This document shows, piece after piece, positions 1-9,433 of a stretch of DNA of 64,000 nucleotides. The notes under the pieces are model-generated. The model was not told where the DNA came from, searched no databases, and saw nothing but the letters and a program-made list of their open reading frames with translations. This stretch comes from Opitutales bacterium (GTDB lineage: Bacteria > Verrucomicrobiota > Verrucomicrobiia > Opitutales > JABSRG01). The DNA is taken from contig JBMYOQ010000005.1 of assembly GCA_049599475.1 (NCBI GenBank), forward strand, positions 64,001 to 128,000, given 5' to 3'. How positions within the stretch are numbered: the stretch's first letter is position 1; each line of letters begins with the position of its first letter. The position numbers and the translations under genes are program-made.

Positions 1-36
1 AAATCGCGTCATGTATTTACACCGCAGGGTGACATT

Positions 37-741
37 TTGGCGGTGCCGGATGGTTGGGCACTTCTCGAACCTGGAGACGCCGCTCTAACGCGACGGGTGA
101 AGGCCGACGGCCCTCATTGGGAGGTGAAACAGAAAAAGGGCCGAAAAGTGTTTTCGCGTGGAGTCTGGGCTCCCGCTGAGCGGATTGAAGCCCTCGCATC
201 GGCTCTTAAAATCGAGCGTAAAGATCCCGCATATGCGCGTAAGCTCGAATCAGCCCGGGCGCGAAGAGCTGAACAAGAGACGGCATACGCTGAAGACTTT
301 ACGCAGGCTTTACGTGATTATCTGAACTTCCATTCGGACTACGAGGCCCTCGCGGCAGAGTTGGCGGGTCGTATAAGCGCGCACGCTTCACCTGTCGGCA
401 GTCGCACGGTGGCCCGCACGAAACGCATTACCATTGAACAGCGTGCCGAGGCGGCGACGATAGCTTGGCTGCGCCATCAAACGACGGCTTATGACAATAT
501 GCATATTCCCCGGGAAAAGGGTGCGCGCCGAGAGATCAGGCGGATCTTGGCCAAAGAATCCAAGCGGCTTCTGCAGCATTACCGAGAAGGCAAACCAATC
601 GACATAGCAAGGTGCCCTCTTCAAAAGGCGATTCGCGTAGAACTAATTGCGGTTTGCGTATGTGGTAGCCAGAGCAGGTGTGCGACACCCTATTGTCATG
701 CCCCTAGGCGGCTTGCTAATCCGATCGCCTCAACAGAGTGA
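37..741 (+). CDS. DUF2293-like domain protein (true start may lie upstream of the window)
   Basis: PDGWALLEPGDAALTRRVK, SRGVWAP and AWLRHQTTAYD motifs resemble the DUF2293 family. The last ~35 aa look non-conserved. Confidence 0.65.
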   Translation: MAVPDGWALLEPGDAALTRRVKADGPHWEVKQKKGRKVFSRGVWAPAERIEALASALKIERKDPAYARKLESARARRAEQETAYAEDFTQALRDYLNFHSDYEALAAELAGRISAHASPVGSRTVARTKRITIEQRAEAATIAWLRHQTTAYDNMHIPREKGARREIRRILAKESKRLLQHYREGKPIDIARCPLQKAIRVELIAVCVCGSQSRCATPYCHAPRRLANPIASTE

Positions 742-784
742 GTCGACTTCAGAACTAACAAAGAGGTCACTAAGATTTACCTTA

Positions 785-811
785 TCGTTTTCAATGGCGC
801 ACTCGAAGAGA
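785..811 (-). repeat. Degenerate direct repeat of the tRNA-Arg 3' end plus flank (att-like site)
   Basis: tcgttttcaatggcgcactcgaagaga (785-811) vs tcgtttccgatggcacacccgaaggga (2003-2029): 22/27 identical, ungapped, all 5 differences are transitions. Confidence 0.7.
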
Positions 812-895
812 CACATACATGCGTTCCTATAAATAAAGATACAGTATATTTATACTTGACAAAAATTGCTTAAGCCCGGCTTTTAGTTTCAAGGA

Positions 896-1906
896 ATGGG
901 CTACCACCGAAGAACTAGAATACTAGAGAGGCATCTGCTTAAAAACCAGAGCTGTGTTTACCATGTGGTGAACAGGGTGGCATTGGGGAGTATGTTATTG
1001 GATGATAGGGCGAAGGGTGTGTTTGTGCAAATGATGCGTAGGCAGGCTGGTTTTGCTGGGGTGGAGGTGATGGCCTTTTGCGTGATGACGAATCATTTTC
1101 ATCTGTTGGTGCGGGTGCCTGAGCCTTGTGAAATCTCTGATGAGGAGCTTTTGAGGCGGTATCGCATTCTTTATGGGAAGCATTGTCCGCAGTCTATGCC
1201 GCAACCTGATTATCTTGAGCAGATGTTGGCTGAGGGAGATGAAGATGCCGAGGAGTGGCGAAAGCGTATTGTTGCTCGGATGCATGATCTGAGTGCCTTT
1301 GTGGGCGAACTGAAGCATCGCTTCTCTATTTGGTTTAATGACCATCGTCATAATAAGGGGACTGTGTGGTCTGAGCGTTTTAGGAGCATTATTGTTGAGG
1401 ATTTACCTGAATATACCGCTCCCGTTGCTGCTTACATTGATTTGAACCCTGTGCGTGCTCAATTGGTGGATGATCCCGGTGAATATGTTTATAGTAGCTA
1501 TGGCTCTGCTATGAAGGGGGTGCGCTCGGCTCAGTTTGGCTTACGGTCTTTATATTCCGGAAAACGCACCTGGAAGGTGGCTCTGGAGTCTTATCGTGTT
1601 CTGTTGTTCGGAAAGGGATACGAATCGAAAGGAACGCCTCACGAGGATACAGGCATGATCGATCCCGAGCGTGCGTATCAAGTCATCAAGGATGGCGGTC
1701 GCTTGTCTTGGGCAGAATATCTGCGTATGCGCGTCGGGTATTTTACGCGTGGAGGCGCGCTAGGGTCTTCAGAATTTATTAAAGGGTTCCATCGAGGAGG
1801 CCTACCACCAAAGTCCGATTCACCTTCCGGCCAAGGGCACCGCGCAAAAGGAGTTAGTGACCAGTTCTATACTTTCCGGAACATTCAGAAAAACGTCTTT
1901 GGCTGA
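896..1906 (+). mobile_element. REP-associated tyrosine transposase (RAYT / Y1_Tnp, HUH superfamily)
   Basis: YHVVNRV, CVMTNHFHLLV (HUH), GTVWSERFRS, YIDLNPVRA (catalytic Tyr) and YVYSSY motifs; 336 aa intact ORF. Confidence 0.88.
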
Positions 1907-1968
1907 GTTTCGCCTGCTTGGTCCAAATACACCGGATCGCTCGGGTGAGACCTCCGCTTACAGAAAAA

Positions 1969-1992
1969 CCCAAACGCTTCTTTGCATTTGGG
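1969..1992 (-). terminator. Probable intrinsic terminator downstream of tRNA-Arg
   Basis: Minus strand reads cccaaatgc-aaagaa-gcgtttggg followed by tttttctg. Confidence 0.65.
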
Positions 1993-2012
1993 CCTGTGGT
2001 TCTCGTTTCCGA

Positions 2013-2091
<79 letters not shown>

Positions 2092-2228
2092 CGGTGGAAA
2101 GGAAGGAAAGAGCCAAAAGATTGGGTGCTTAGCAAGCGTTTTTTAGAAAAAATCTCGTGAGGTAGGTTTCTGGAAATTGCGTCTTGTCGTTGGGGGATGC
2201 GGTCGTCGTAAGATAGGGCTTTTGATTC

Positions 2229-2885
2229 ATGTCCCTCCGAAAAGCATATAGAGGCGCTCGTTTTGTGGCTGCAGAGCCGGGTGCTTACCTGAAGCCCTGG
2301 AATCGACCGGTGCAGTGGGAGCCCAATGGTGAAGGGCTGTTTGGTGCTTCGAAGGGCATATTGAGCTGGTTCCAGAATGTGGACGGTTCGATCGCAGAGG
2401 TGATTGCTTATCTGGATTGGTTGAATCACCGGAACCCCTACCGACCTTACTGGATGCGTCGGCTCTGTCTGCCGAATGGCTTGATTCTGGGGCTTATTGA
2501 CCGGCTGCTGACGCAGCAGGAGCAGCTACCTGATATGAGTTTTGATGTTCCAGAGGAGCTGGCTTGGACCTATTTGGAGCAGCAAGCGGTTCATCTTGAT
2601 GGCCTAGAGAAAGTTTTTGGGAAGACGAGTATCGGTATGCCTTTGATGCGGGTGTATCGTCTCCACAGCACGGTTTTTAAATTGCGGGAACGCTTCTATG
2701 CCGAGGTGTCTGAGGCTGGGGGACAGCTCTTTGGTTACGGAAATCAGATAACGATGAATGTTGGGCTCGAAATTTTAGGACTGTCTCATTTTGCCCCTGC
2801 CAGCCTTTTGAGGAAATTATATGCGCGCCAGCGTGATATTGAGGCGAAAATACGGTCTGCTTTTGAAGAGAGGTCGAGAGCGTGA
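2229..2885 (+). CDS. Hypothetical protein, first gene of a glycosyltransferase operon
   Basis: 218 aa ORF whose stop overlaps the next start (GTGA); no motif recognised. Confidence 0.6.
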   Translation: MSLRKAYRGARFVAAEPGAYLKPWNRPVQWEPNGEGLFGASKGILSWFQNVDGSIAEVIAYLDWLNHRNPYRPYWMRRLCLPNGLILGLIDRLLTQQEQLPDMSFDVPEELAWTYLEQQAVHLDGLEKVFGKTSIGMPLMRVYRLHSTVFKLRERFYAEVSEAGGQLFGYGNQITMNVGLEILGLSHFAPASLLRKLYARQRDIEAKIRSAFEERSRA

Positions 2886-3925
2886 GGGTTGCTGTCGTAA
2901 ATACGCATGTGCCTTTTACCATGGGAGGTGCGGAAGCTCATGCAGACAACCTTGTGAAGGCGCTGGAAGACTGTGGCCATGAGGTAGAGCTGGTAAAGAT
3001 CCCCTTCAACTGGCAATCGCCTTGGAGCGTAATGGACCATCTGCTGGCGACCCGTATGTTTGATTTGGAACGTGTGAACGGGAAGGTGATCGACCGGGTG
3101 ATTGGCTTACGATTTCCCGCATATCATGTGCGCCATCCGAACAAAGTCCTATGGATTATTCATCAATATCGCTCGGCCTTCGATTTTTGGGAGGATCCGA
3201 AAGCAGATTTGGCGCAGCAAGAAGGGGGGCGCGCAGTCCGCGATGCGATTCGCTCTTCGGAACGAAAGCTCTTAGCCGAAGCTAAAGCAATCTATGCCAA
3301 CTCGGATAACGTTCGCAAGCGCCTGCATGATTTTTGCCTGCGGGAGGCGGAGACTTTATACCATCCTCCCGCGCTAGCGGATGTGCTGAAGCCTGGGGAA
3401 GATTCGGGATATTTCTTGTGCCCTGGGCGTTTGGATTCGATGAAGCGTCAGGATTTTGTATTACAGGCTCTCGCGAAATGTAAGCAGTCTATTTCCCTGA
3501 AGTTTGTAGGGTCAACAGGATCTGAGAAATACGCTAAGGATCTGATACAATCGGCGAGACGCCTCAAGGTGGCGGATTGCATTGAATGGTGTGGCTATGT
3601 ATCCAAAGAGGAATTGTCCGAGCTCTATGCGCATGCGCGTGCGATTGTATATGCTCCCCAGGACGAAGATTATGGATACGTTGCCCTAGAGTCGCAGATC
3701 GCAGCGAAGCCCGTGTTGACGACCGATGATTCGGGCGGTGTGCTGGAATTTGTGAATGATTCCAATGGGTGGGTCGCTTCCTTTAATCCGGAGCAGTTTG
3801 CAGAGAATTTGGATGAGGCTTGGTCAGATCCTGACAAATGCAAGCGTTTGGGAGAGGCGGGTAATGCTGCCTACCGCTCCCATGACATGACCTGGGCTGC
3901 CGTGGTGGATAGGCTGGTGTCGTGA
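2882..3925 (+). CDS. Glycosyltransferase family 4 (GT-B)
   Basis: N-terminal GGAE motif, GRLDSMKRQD, and EDYGYVALES (E-x7-E). Confidence 0.9.
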   Translation: MRVAVVNTHVPFTMGGAEAHADNLVKALEDCGHEVELVKIPFNWQSPWSVMDHLLATRMFDLERVNGKVIDRVIGLRFPAYHVRHPNKVLWIIHQYRSAFDFWEDPKADLAQQEGGRAVRDAIRSSERKLLAEAKAIYANSDNVRKRLHDFCLREAETLYHPPALADVLKPGEDSGYFLCPGRLDSMKRQDFVLQALAKCKQSISLKFVGSTGSEKYAKDLIQSARRLKVADCIEWCGYVSKEELSELYAHARAIVYAPQDEDYGYVALESQIAAKPVLTTDDSGGVLEFVNDSNGWVASFNPEQFAENLDEAWSDPDKCKRLGEAGNAAYRSHDMTWAAVVDRLVS

Positions 3926-5244
3926 TGAAGATTCATTGGTTTACGCCTTTGCCTCCAGAACGGACCGATGTGGGAAACTTTTCGGAACGCGTTTGCCGAG
4001 TGCTTCAAGCGCGTTGTGATCTTACGGTCTGGTCGCACTCCCAGCATGCGGGCCGTTTTTCTAAGCCGCGGAATAGTGGATCTTACCAGGTGTTACCTTA
4101 CTCGGCCGTCGACGCGCATCGAGAATCTCTTAATCGTGCTGACGCGATTTTTTATAATCTAGGTAACAACGCGGCCTTTCATCGGGAAATCATTCGGATT
4201 ATGCGGCAATACCCGGGGGTCGCAATCTTGCACGACCTCTCTTTGTTTGAGTGCGTGTCTAGTGTCTACCGTGAGCGCCTAGGAGGGGACCAAATGTTCC
4301 TGGATTTGGTTAGGTTCGAATATGGTGAAGAGCTTGCTAAGAAGATTGGAGATTGGCTCCTAGCAGATGACGAAGCGCGTAAAATGGTCGACGTGGCGAG
4401 CATGTGCCCCTTTGCGAAGCATGCAACCTTGGGTGCGTGGGGGATTATTTCACACACGGAAATTGCCACAGGCTCGGAGCTTGGAAGCGACACGCGTCCG
4501 CGGTGGACTCTGCCGCTTCCATTTCCCTCTGAAGACGTGAGCTTGCTCGGGATCGCCGGCGGTGAGCGATTAGATATGTGTGTCTTTGGCTATATCGGAG
4601 GTCCGAACCGGAGGCTTGATGAGATTTTGCAGGCTATGGCGTCGTTTTCGAAAAGCGAAGCACTCTTTTTGCATATCGCGGGGGCCGTGAATCCGTCCCT
4701 AGAGATCGTGCAGAAAGTTAAAGAATTGGGCTTGGAGAATCAGGTGAAGATTCATGGGTTTTTGAGTGATGAGAAGCTGGATACATTACTGGCTCAGGTA
4801 GGACTTGTGCTGAATTTGCGTTTTCCTACACGCGGTGAGGCCTCGGGCTCATTGCTTCGGGCTTGGAGTCAGGGCGCAGCGGTGGTTGTAACGGATACGG
4901 GGTTTTATGGGAAGATCCCGGACGAAGTCGTATGGAAGGTGAGTCCGAGGAGGGAGCAGGAGGACTTGTTTGCCTTGTGGGAATTACTATTGGGCGATCG
5001 TTCGCTGATAGATTCAAAGCGTCGGAACGGTATTGAATATTTAAAGACACAGCATTCGGTTGAGCCCTATGTTGAGCGGATTTTAGAAATAGCCCAGACT
5101 CCTAGTGACTTACGTGCCCCGTCGATATTACCTATGCTTTATCAGCGTTTTGGATTGGTCGCGGCGAGTACATTTGTCCTTCCTGAAGATGTCGATACTG
5201 TTTGGATTGAGCGTCTGGATGCTGAAATGAGCTCGTGGTTTTGA
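3922..5244 (+). CDS. Glycosyltransferase family 4-like protein
   Basis: FTPLPPERTDV, YNLGNNAAFH, ILHD and NLRFPTRGEASGSL motifs of a GT4 subfamily. Confidence 0.85.
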   Translation: MMKIHWFTPLPPERTDVGNFSERVCRVLQARCDLTVWSHSQHAGRFSKPRNSGSYQVLPYSAVDAHRESLNRADAIFYNLGNNAAFHREIIRIMRQYPGVAILHDLSLFECVSSVYRERLGGDQMFLDLVRFEYGEELAKKIGDWLLADDEARKMVDVASMCPFAKHATLGAWGIISHTEIATGSELGSDTRPRWTLPLPFPSEDVSLLGIAGGERLDMCVFGYIGGPNRRLDEILQAMASFSKSEALFLHIAGAVNPSLEIVQKVKELGLENQVKIHGFLSDEKLDTLLAQVGLVLNLRFPTRGEASGSLLRAWSQGAAVVVTDTGFYGKIPDEVVWKVSPRREQEDLFALWELLLGDRSLIDSKRRNGIEYLKTQHSVEPYVERILEIAQTPSDLRAPSILPMLYQRFGLVAASTFVLPEDVDTVWIERLDAEMSSWF

Positions 5245-5270
5245 GGCTCTGTTTGGGCGACGATTTCCGT

Positions 5271-6176
5271 TCAATCTGGTTTCTTAATAAAAGCCGTCGA
5301 TCGATCTTCGATCGATTTCCAGAAAGGGAGGGCGAGCTTTAGGCAGAGTGTGCCGCGAAGTTTAGCCCAAAAAGGCTTGGATACTCTGGACTGGATCCAG
5401 GTGTATCGAGCTTGATCGATTACGGACCATTCATGGAGCGGGTAGCGCCATTTTTCCCAGAGTTTGCGGTAATTGTTTTCGTCTTCAATGGATCCAACGC
5501 GTGAGGCGCTGACTGCATGCTGGATGATGCTTTGGTTCGCGACAACGGCGACGCGGCCTTTCTCAAGTGCCTGAAGGCAAAAGTCGACATCCTCCATGCC
5601 ATTGACGTAGCGCTCATCGAAGCCACCCAGGGATCTGAAAAACTCTGCTTCGACGAGCCAGCAGGCGGCAGTCGCGGCAGCCCATGGGGTATATTTCTCT
5701 TTTGGAAGGGTCTCCGCATTCTGAAAGGCATGCGCAGGTGTGGTGTATATGCTTAAATAGACTCCGGCATGATCGATCTGGCCATCGTCCATGCGTTTTT
5801 GAATGTTGCCAACGACGCTCACTTGGCGTTTGTGGTCCATCCAGCGGTGTTTACGCCTGATGGCTTTATGCATTGGTTTGAGCCAGCCTGGAGTCAGGAT
5901 TATATCATTATTGAGGAGAAGCAGTAATTTCCCTTCGGCTTTGCTCGCGGCGTAGTTGTTGGAGCGTGCGAAGCCCATGTTTTCCTTGTTGAGGAAGATT
6001 TTGGTCTTTGGGCGATCCCGAAGTGTCTCCAGGAACTCGCGGGTGCCGTCGGTGCTACAGTCGTCTATGAGGATGAGTTCGTAATCCTCGCCTGCCATCG
6101 TCTCCTCGAGGGATTTGAGGTAGGCCTTGGTGTATTCCAAGCCATTATAAAGCGCCGTGACGACCGAGTATTCCAT
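5271..6176 (-). CDS. Glycosyltransferase family 2
   Basis: LIDDCSTDGT, NMGFARSNN, LLNND, GGFDERY and EDVDFC motifs. Confidence 0.92.
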   Translation of the reverse strand: MEYSVVTALYNGLEYTKAYLKSLEETMAGEDYELILIDDCSTDGTREFLETLRDRPKTKIFLNKENMGFARSNNYAASKAEGKLLLLLNNDIILTPGWLKPMHKAIRRKHRWMDHKRQVSVVGNIQKRMDDGQIDHAGVYLSIYTTPAHAFQNAETLPKEKYTPWAAATAACWLVEAEFFRSLGGFDERYVNGMEDVDFCLQALEKGRVAVVANQSIIQHAVSASRVGSIEDENNYRKLWEKWRYPLHEWSVIDQARYTWIQSRVSKPFWAKLRGTLCLKLALPFWKSIEDRSTAFIKKPD

Positions 6177-6286
6177 GTGCCCATCAGAGCATGCCTAAGG
6201 GCGCACCATGTCAAGCTAGGTGAAGTGGGCAGCAGTGGCGCGGAACCGGTGGAGCATCGCTTGCTGCAGGAGCTCTCGAGTAAGAC

Positions 6287-8314
6287 TTAAGCGGGAAAGG
6301 TGTAATTATGCCCCGAGTGCGCTGAGATTTTATCGAGATAGACAAGATCGCTGTGGTAGGCTGCTCGGCGCGCTATCTCCACTTTAAATTCTTCGGTAAT
6401 TTGCTCTAGGTTTGTGTCAGGATTTAGCAAGTCGGCCCAGAAGCCGGCTTTACGTAGGACTCGATTCCAGGAAGCGCGATCTGCCTTGATTCTACCGAAT
6501 TTGTCAAGGTATCGGATTTTCCCAACGTGTGAGTAATGCTGGAAGATCTCGGGGGGTACTTCTGTGATGGGGTCGTCTTCGTTGACGAATCTAAAGATCT
6601 GTCCCGACATTTCTTCCATCAGGAATGTGGCGAAGTCTTTGTCCCCGGGACGGGGCGATCCGTAAGTATACAGGCCGGATACTGGGATCTTCTGAGCGCA
6701 TAAATCTGCTGCGCAGAGGGTTGCCAGGCCGGCTCCTAGACTGTGGCCAGTGAGCCAAATTTCTCTTTCTGGATTTTCCTCAAGGGCTTCTTTTACTTGT
6801 GCGACCACGGTTTCTTTGACGGCGGAGTATGCACTGAGGAAGCCCTTGTGCACGGAGACTGTGGGGCCTGGGGTGTCGCCCAGAATATTCCAGCTGTCTA
6901 AGGGGATATTTAGATCGGTAATGATGTCTTGGAGTTCCTCTTTTTGTGTGCCTCGGAAGCAGATAGTTATGGAGTCATGGGTGTTTATGATGAATCCCTG
7001 GGTTCCGCGTGAAGCATTGTCTGCCCCTTCGCTGCCGAGCAGTATTGGCTTTTTAGATACGCCCATTTTGGAGACTTCTGGTTCGATCTCGGGGAATGGC
7101 AGGTATGCAATTTTGGAACAGCGCGCGGTCCAATATGCGATGTTTATGTCGAATGTGTCTTCGTCGGAAGCCATTGCTTCTGCGAAGGTTTTCGGGGTAT
7201 TGGTGTGGGCGGGCTGGGGTCCTTGCTGGTTGGCTGTTTTTGTCGGATTTTCAGAACTGTCCGCTTCTTTCTTTTCTGTTACGCCGGATACGGTAGCGCG
7301 GATTTTTGAGATTTTGTTCAGGATGTCATACCAGAAGGGTGCTCCGAGCGAGGCTGCGATGATGGTCGCGCTTAAGCCGATGATTTTTAAGAACCAATAG
7401 TGGGCGACCTGTCCGAAATCATCCTTTATGCAGCCGAAATCCATTTTCTTGAATTCGTAGTCGTCCCAGCCTAGGGGCACACCGGTGTTTTCAAGTTCGA
7501 GAACCGTATCTTCTACATTGTTGAAGGCTTCTTTGAAATTATTCGCCTGCTCTGAGCTGTCGTCTCCTTCCGTGCCGATTTCTTTATATGCCGCTTCTAC
7601 ACTGGCCTTTAAGATTTCGTCATTGGTCGAGAGGGCATTTATTATCCTTATCGTGTCAGCATTTATTAATACAGTCACGGCGATGGAGCTGATGATGACG
7701 TAGCGTTGGACGAGTCGCTTAAAGATACCCCGACTGCGGTCCATGCTCTCGTCGTACCAATTTCCAAGGGATTGAATAAGGGCGTCGCGCTCGCTGAGCT
7801 GTGGATTCTGGCGCTTGATGACTGCCGCGTGCTCGATTTGAGATTCGATCGCGTGGGCCAGCTGCACGCGTTGATCTTTCTCATCTTTATCCTTTAGCGA
7901 CTCGCTGTTTGCCCACCGTTTTACAGCGTGATTAAATCCTCCCAAACTATAGCATGGCTCCTTGCTGATTAGCTGCATTAGGACCGTGGCAAAAGTCTTG
8001 GCGTTTAAGCTGGAGGGAGCATGATTCTCGGAGTTGCTTTTTTTCTGTGCGCTCTCCTCTTGTGTGCCTGAGCCTTGTGGGTCTGTTGCATTCTTACACT
8101 GGCGGGCTGGATCGATGAGTGCCAGAATTTTGGGCTGATTGAAAAATTGCTTTGTTAATGTGCTATTCTTAAAGAATAAGCGGTCTACTGTTTGCCTGAG
8201 GACCTTTGCTTTGAGGTGGAAGCGAGCGATCAGGATGTCGCTGATGGATGTCACCAGAGTGCTGAGTACTAGGTAGACGAAGAAGAGGCCGATAAATATT
8301 TCGAGAGCTTTCAT
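6287..8314 (-). CDS. Membrane-domain / class 3 lipase fusion protein
   Basis: C-terminal ICFRGT, VHKGF, TGHSLGAG, YTYGSPR and VNEDDPITEVP (Lipase_3). N-terminal multi-TM domain with NADT, PLGW and LGAPFWYDIL. Confidence 0.85.
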   Translation of the reverse strand: MKALEIFIGLFFVYLVLSTLVTSISDILIARFHLKAKVLRQTVDRLFFKNSTLTKQFFNQPKILALIDPARQCKNATDPQGSGTQEESAQKKSNSENHAPSSLNAKTFATVLMQLISKEPCYSLGGFNHAVKRWANSESLKDKDEKDQRVQLAHAIESQIEHAAVIKRQNPQLSERDALIQSLGNWYDESMDRSRGIFKRLVQRYVIISSIAVTVLINADTIRIINALSTNDEILKASVEAAYKEIGTEGDDSSEQANNFKEAFNNVEDTVLELENTGVPLGWDDYEFKKMDFGCIKDDFGQVAHYWFLKIIGLSATIIAASLGAPFWYDILNKISKIRATVSGVTEKKEADSSENPTKTANQQGPQPAHTNTPKTFAEAMASDEDTFDINIAYWTARCSKIAYLPFPEIEPEVSKMGVSKKPILLGSEGADNASRGTQGFIINTHDSITICFRGTQKEELQDIITDLNIPLDSWNILGDTPGPTVSVHKGFLSAYSAVKETVVAQVKEALEENPEREIWLTGHSLGAGLATLCAADLCAQKIPVSGLYTYGSPRPGDKDFATFLMEEMSGQIFRFVNEDDPITEVPPEIFQHYSHVGKIRYLDKFGRIKADRASWNRVLRKAGFWADLLNPDTNLEQITEEFKVEIARRAAYHSDLVYLDKISAHSGHNYTFPA

Positions 8315-8560
8315 GAGAGGAGGGTCGGAGAGAGCTAAGGATTCGTTGTATAACTTTGGACCTGTCGCGTGGCTCTTTCAGGTGCCACTGTGTGTTACCT
8401 TAATTAGCGATAAGCGATAGGTGTCCCTCCAGGACTCAAGCGCAGGGATGAAAGTCAAGCAGATTTGAGAACCGCTTTTCAATTAGGGATCTACTGGCAT
8501 CAGCCTAGAACTCTATGGTGTATTGGAGATGCTAGCCAGCTCAGCGGCTCATTCGCCGTC

Positions 8561-9295
8561 TTATTTGCCCCGCTGGTGGGATTGCACGAGGGCCTTGGCG
8601 ATTGCGTTTTCCACTCTGTTGCGAGAGTGGTTTATGTTTTGACGAATGCTCTTTCTGGCAGCTTGCGGGTCTTTGTTCTCAATGGCATCCAATATGGCCA
8701 AATGCTCTCCTGCTGTTTCTTGAATGCGGTGTGCATTTGTGATGACCGAAATTTTTACGAAGCGCAGACGCTCGTTCAAGCTGTGGAGAGAATCGGTGAT
8801 AGCCTGGTTGTTCAGGCTGTGAGCGAGACCCATGTGGAAATTGGTGTCACCCTCTACAAGGACTTCCGAATCGACCGTTTCGTCTGCCTGGATCTGCAGC
8901 CATTTTTCCCAGAAGCTACGTTGCTCCTGGACCCACTTTGCGTCGAGAGCAGAGTGGGTTGCCAAGGAATCTACGATAAACAGTTCCAGGGCCATGCGTA
9001 GATCGTAAAAGTCTTGGGTCTCTTTCGCGTCAGGTTGAATGACGAAGCATCCCTGGTTGGGCACCTTTTCCACGAGCTTTTGCTCTACAAGAGCTCGGAG
9101 TGCTTCTCGAATGGGGATGCGGCTGGCTGAAAACTCGGCGCAAAGAGATGCCTCAGAGAGGTGAAAGCCTGGGGGGTAATACCAGCTCAGGACTCGCTTG
9201 CGCAGAAGTTCCAAAATCTGCGCATTCGAACGACCGTGCCCGGTGGGGGGCGCGGTGTCTTTGGGGCGTGTCGCCTGAGTAGAGGGTTCCTGCAT
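8561..9295 (-). CDS. GntR family (FadR/FCD subfamily) transcriptional regulator
   Basis: wHTH LSEASLCAEFSASRIPIREAL; FCD motifs DTNFH and EHLAILDAI; divergent from the catabolic operon. Confidence 0.92.
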   Translation of the reverse strand: MQEPSTQATRPKDTAPPTGHGRSNAQILELLRKRVLSWYYPPGFHLSEASLCAEFSASRIPIREALRALVEQKLVEKVPNQGCFVIQPDAKETQDFYDLRMALELFIVDSLATHSALDAKWVQEQRSFWEKWLQIQADETVDSEVLVEGDTNFHMGLAHSLNNQAITDSLHSLNERLRFVKISVITNAHRIQETAGEHLAILDAIENKDPQAARKSIRQNINHSRNRVENAIAKALVQSHQRGK

Positions 9296-9355
9296 GGGTA
9301 CAACTGTCGGTTAAAAATGCTCATCTGCAACTGTGAATCGATTATTTTATAAAAA

Positions 9356-9376
9356 CGTATACGCTGTTGTATACAA
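9356..9376. promoter_or_regulatory. Putative GntR/FCD operators (CGTATACG and TTGTATACAA)
   Basis: Perfect palindrome TTGTATACAA at 9367-9376 and a second GTATAC core at 9356-9363, in the divergent intergenic region. Confidence 0.65.
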
Positions 9377-9392
9377 TGGTATGGGTGCTGCT
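9377..9392 (+). promoter_or_regulatory. Putative sigma54 (-24/-12) promoter
   Basis: TGGTATGGGTGCTGCT has exact GG-N10-GC spacing and ends about 40 nt before the receptor ATG. Confidence 0.5.
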
Positions 9393-9433
9393 AAAGCCGA
9401 ATTGGACAAACTCATTCTTTCCGATTTCTAATT

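Noticed and set aside
677..689. Short palindrome ggtgtgcgacacc upstream of the RAYT
   Set aside because: Only a 5-bp arm, single copy and inside the DUF2293 ORF tail; too weak to call a REP.
856..889. TTGACA upstream of the RAYT
   Set aside because: No credible -10 box at 16-18 nt spacing.
6750..7400. 216-aa ORF antisense to the lipase gene, and similar long antisense ORFs in nadB, tuf, rpoB and rpoC
   Set aside because: These are shadows of strongly conserved genes with biased codon use and have no motifs of their own.
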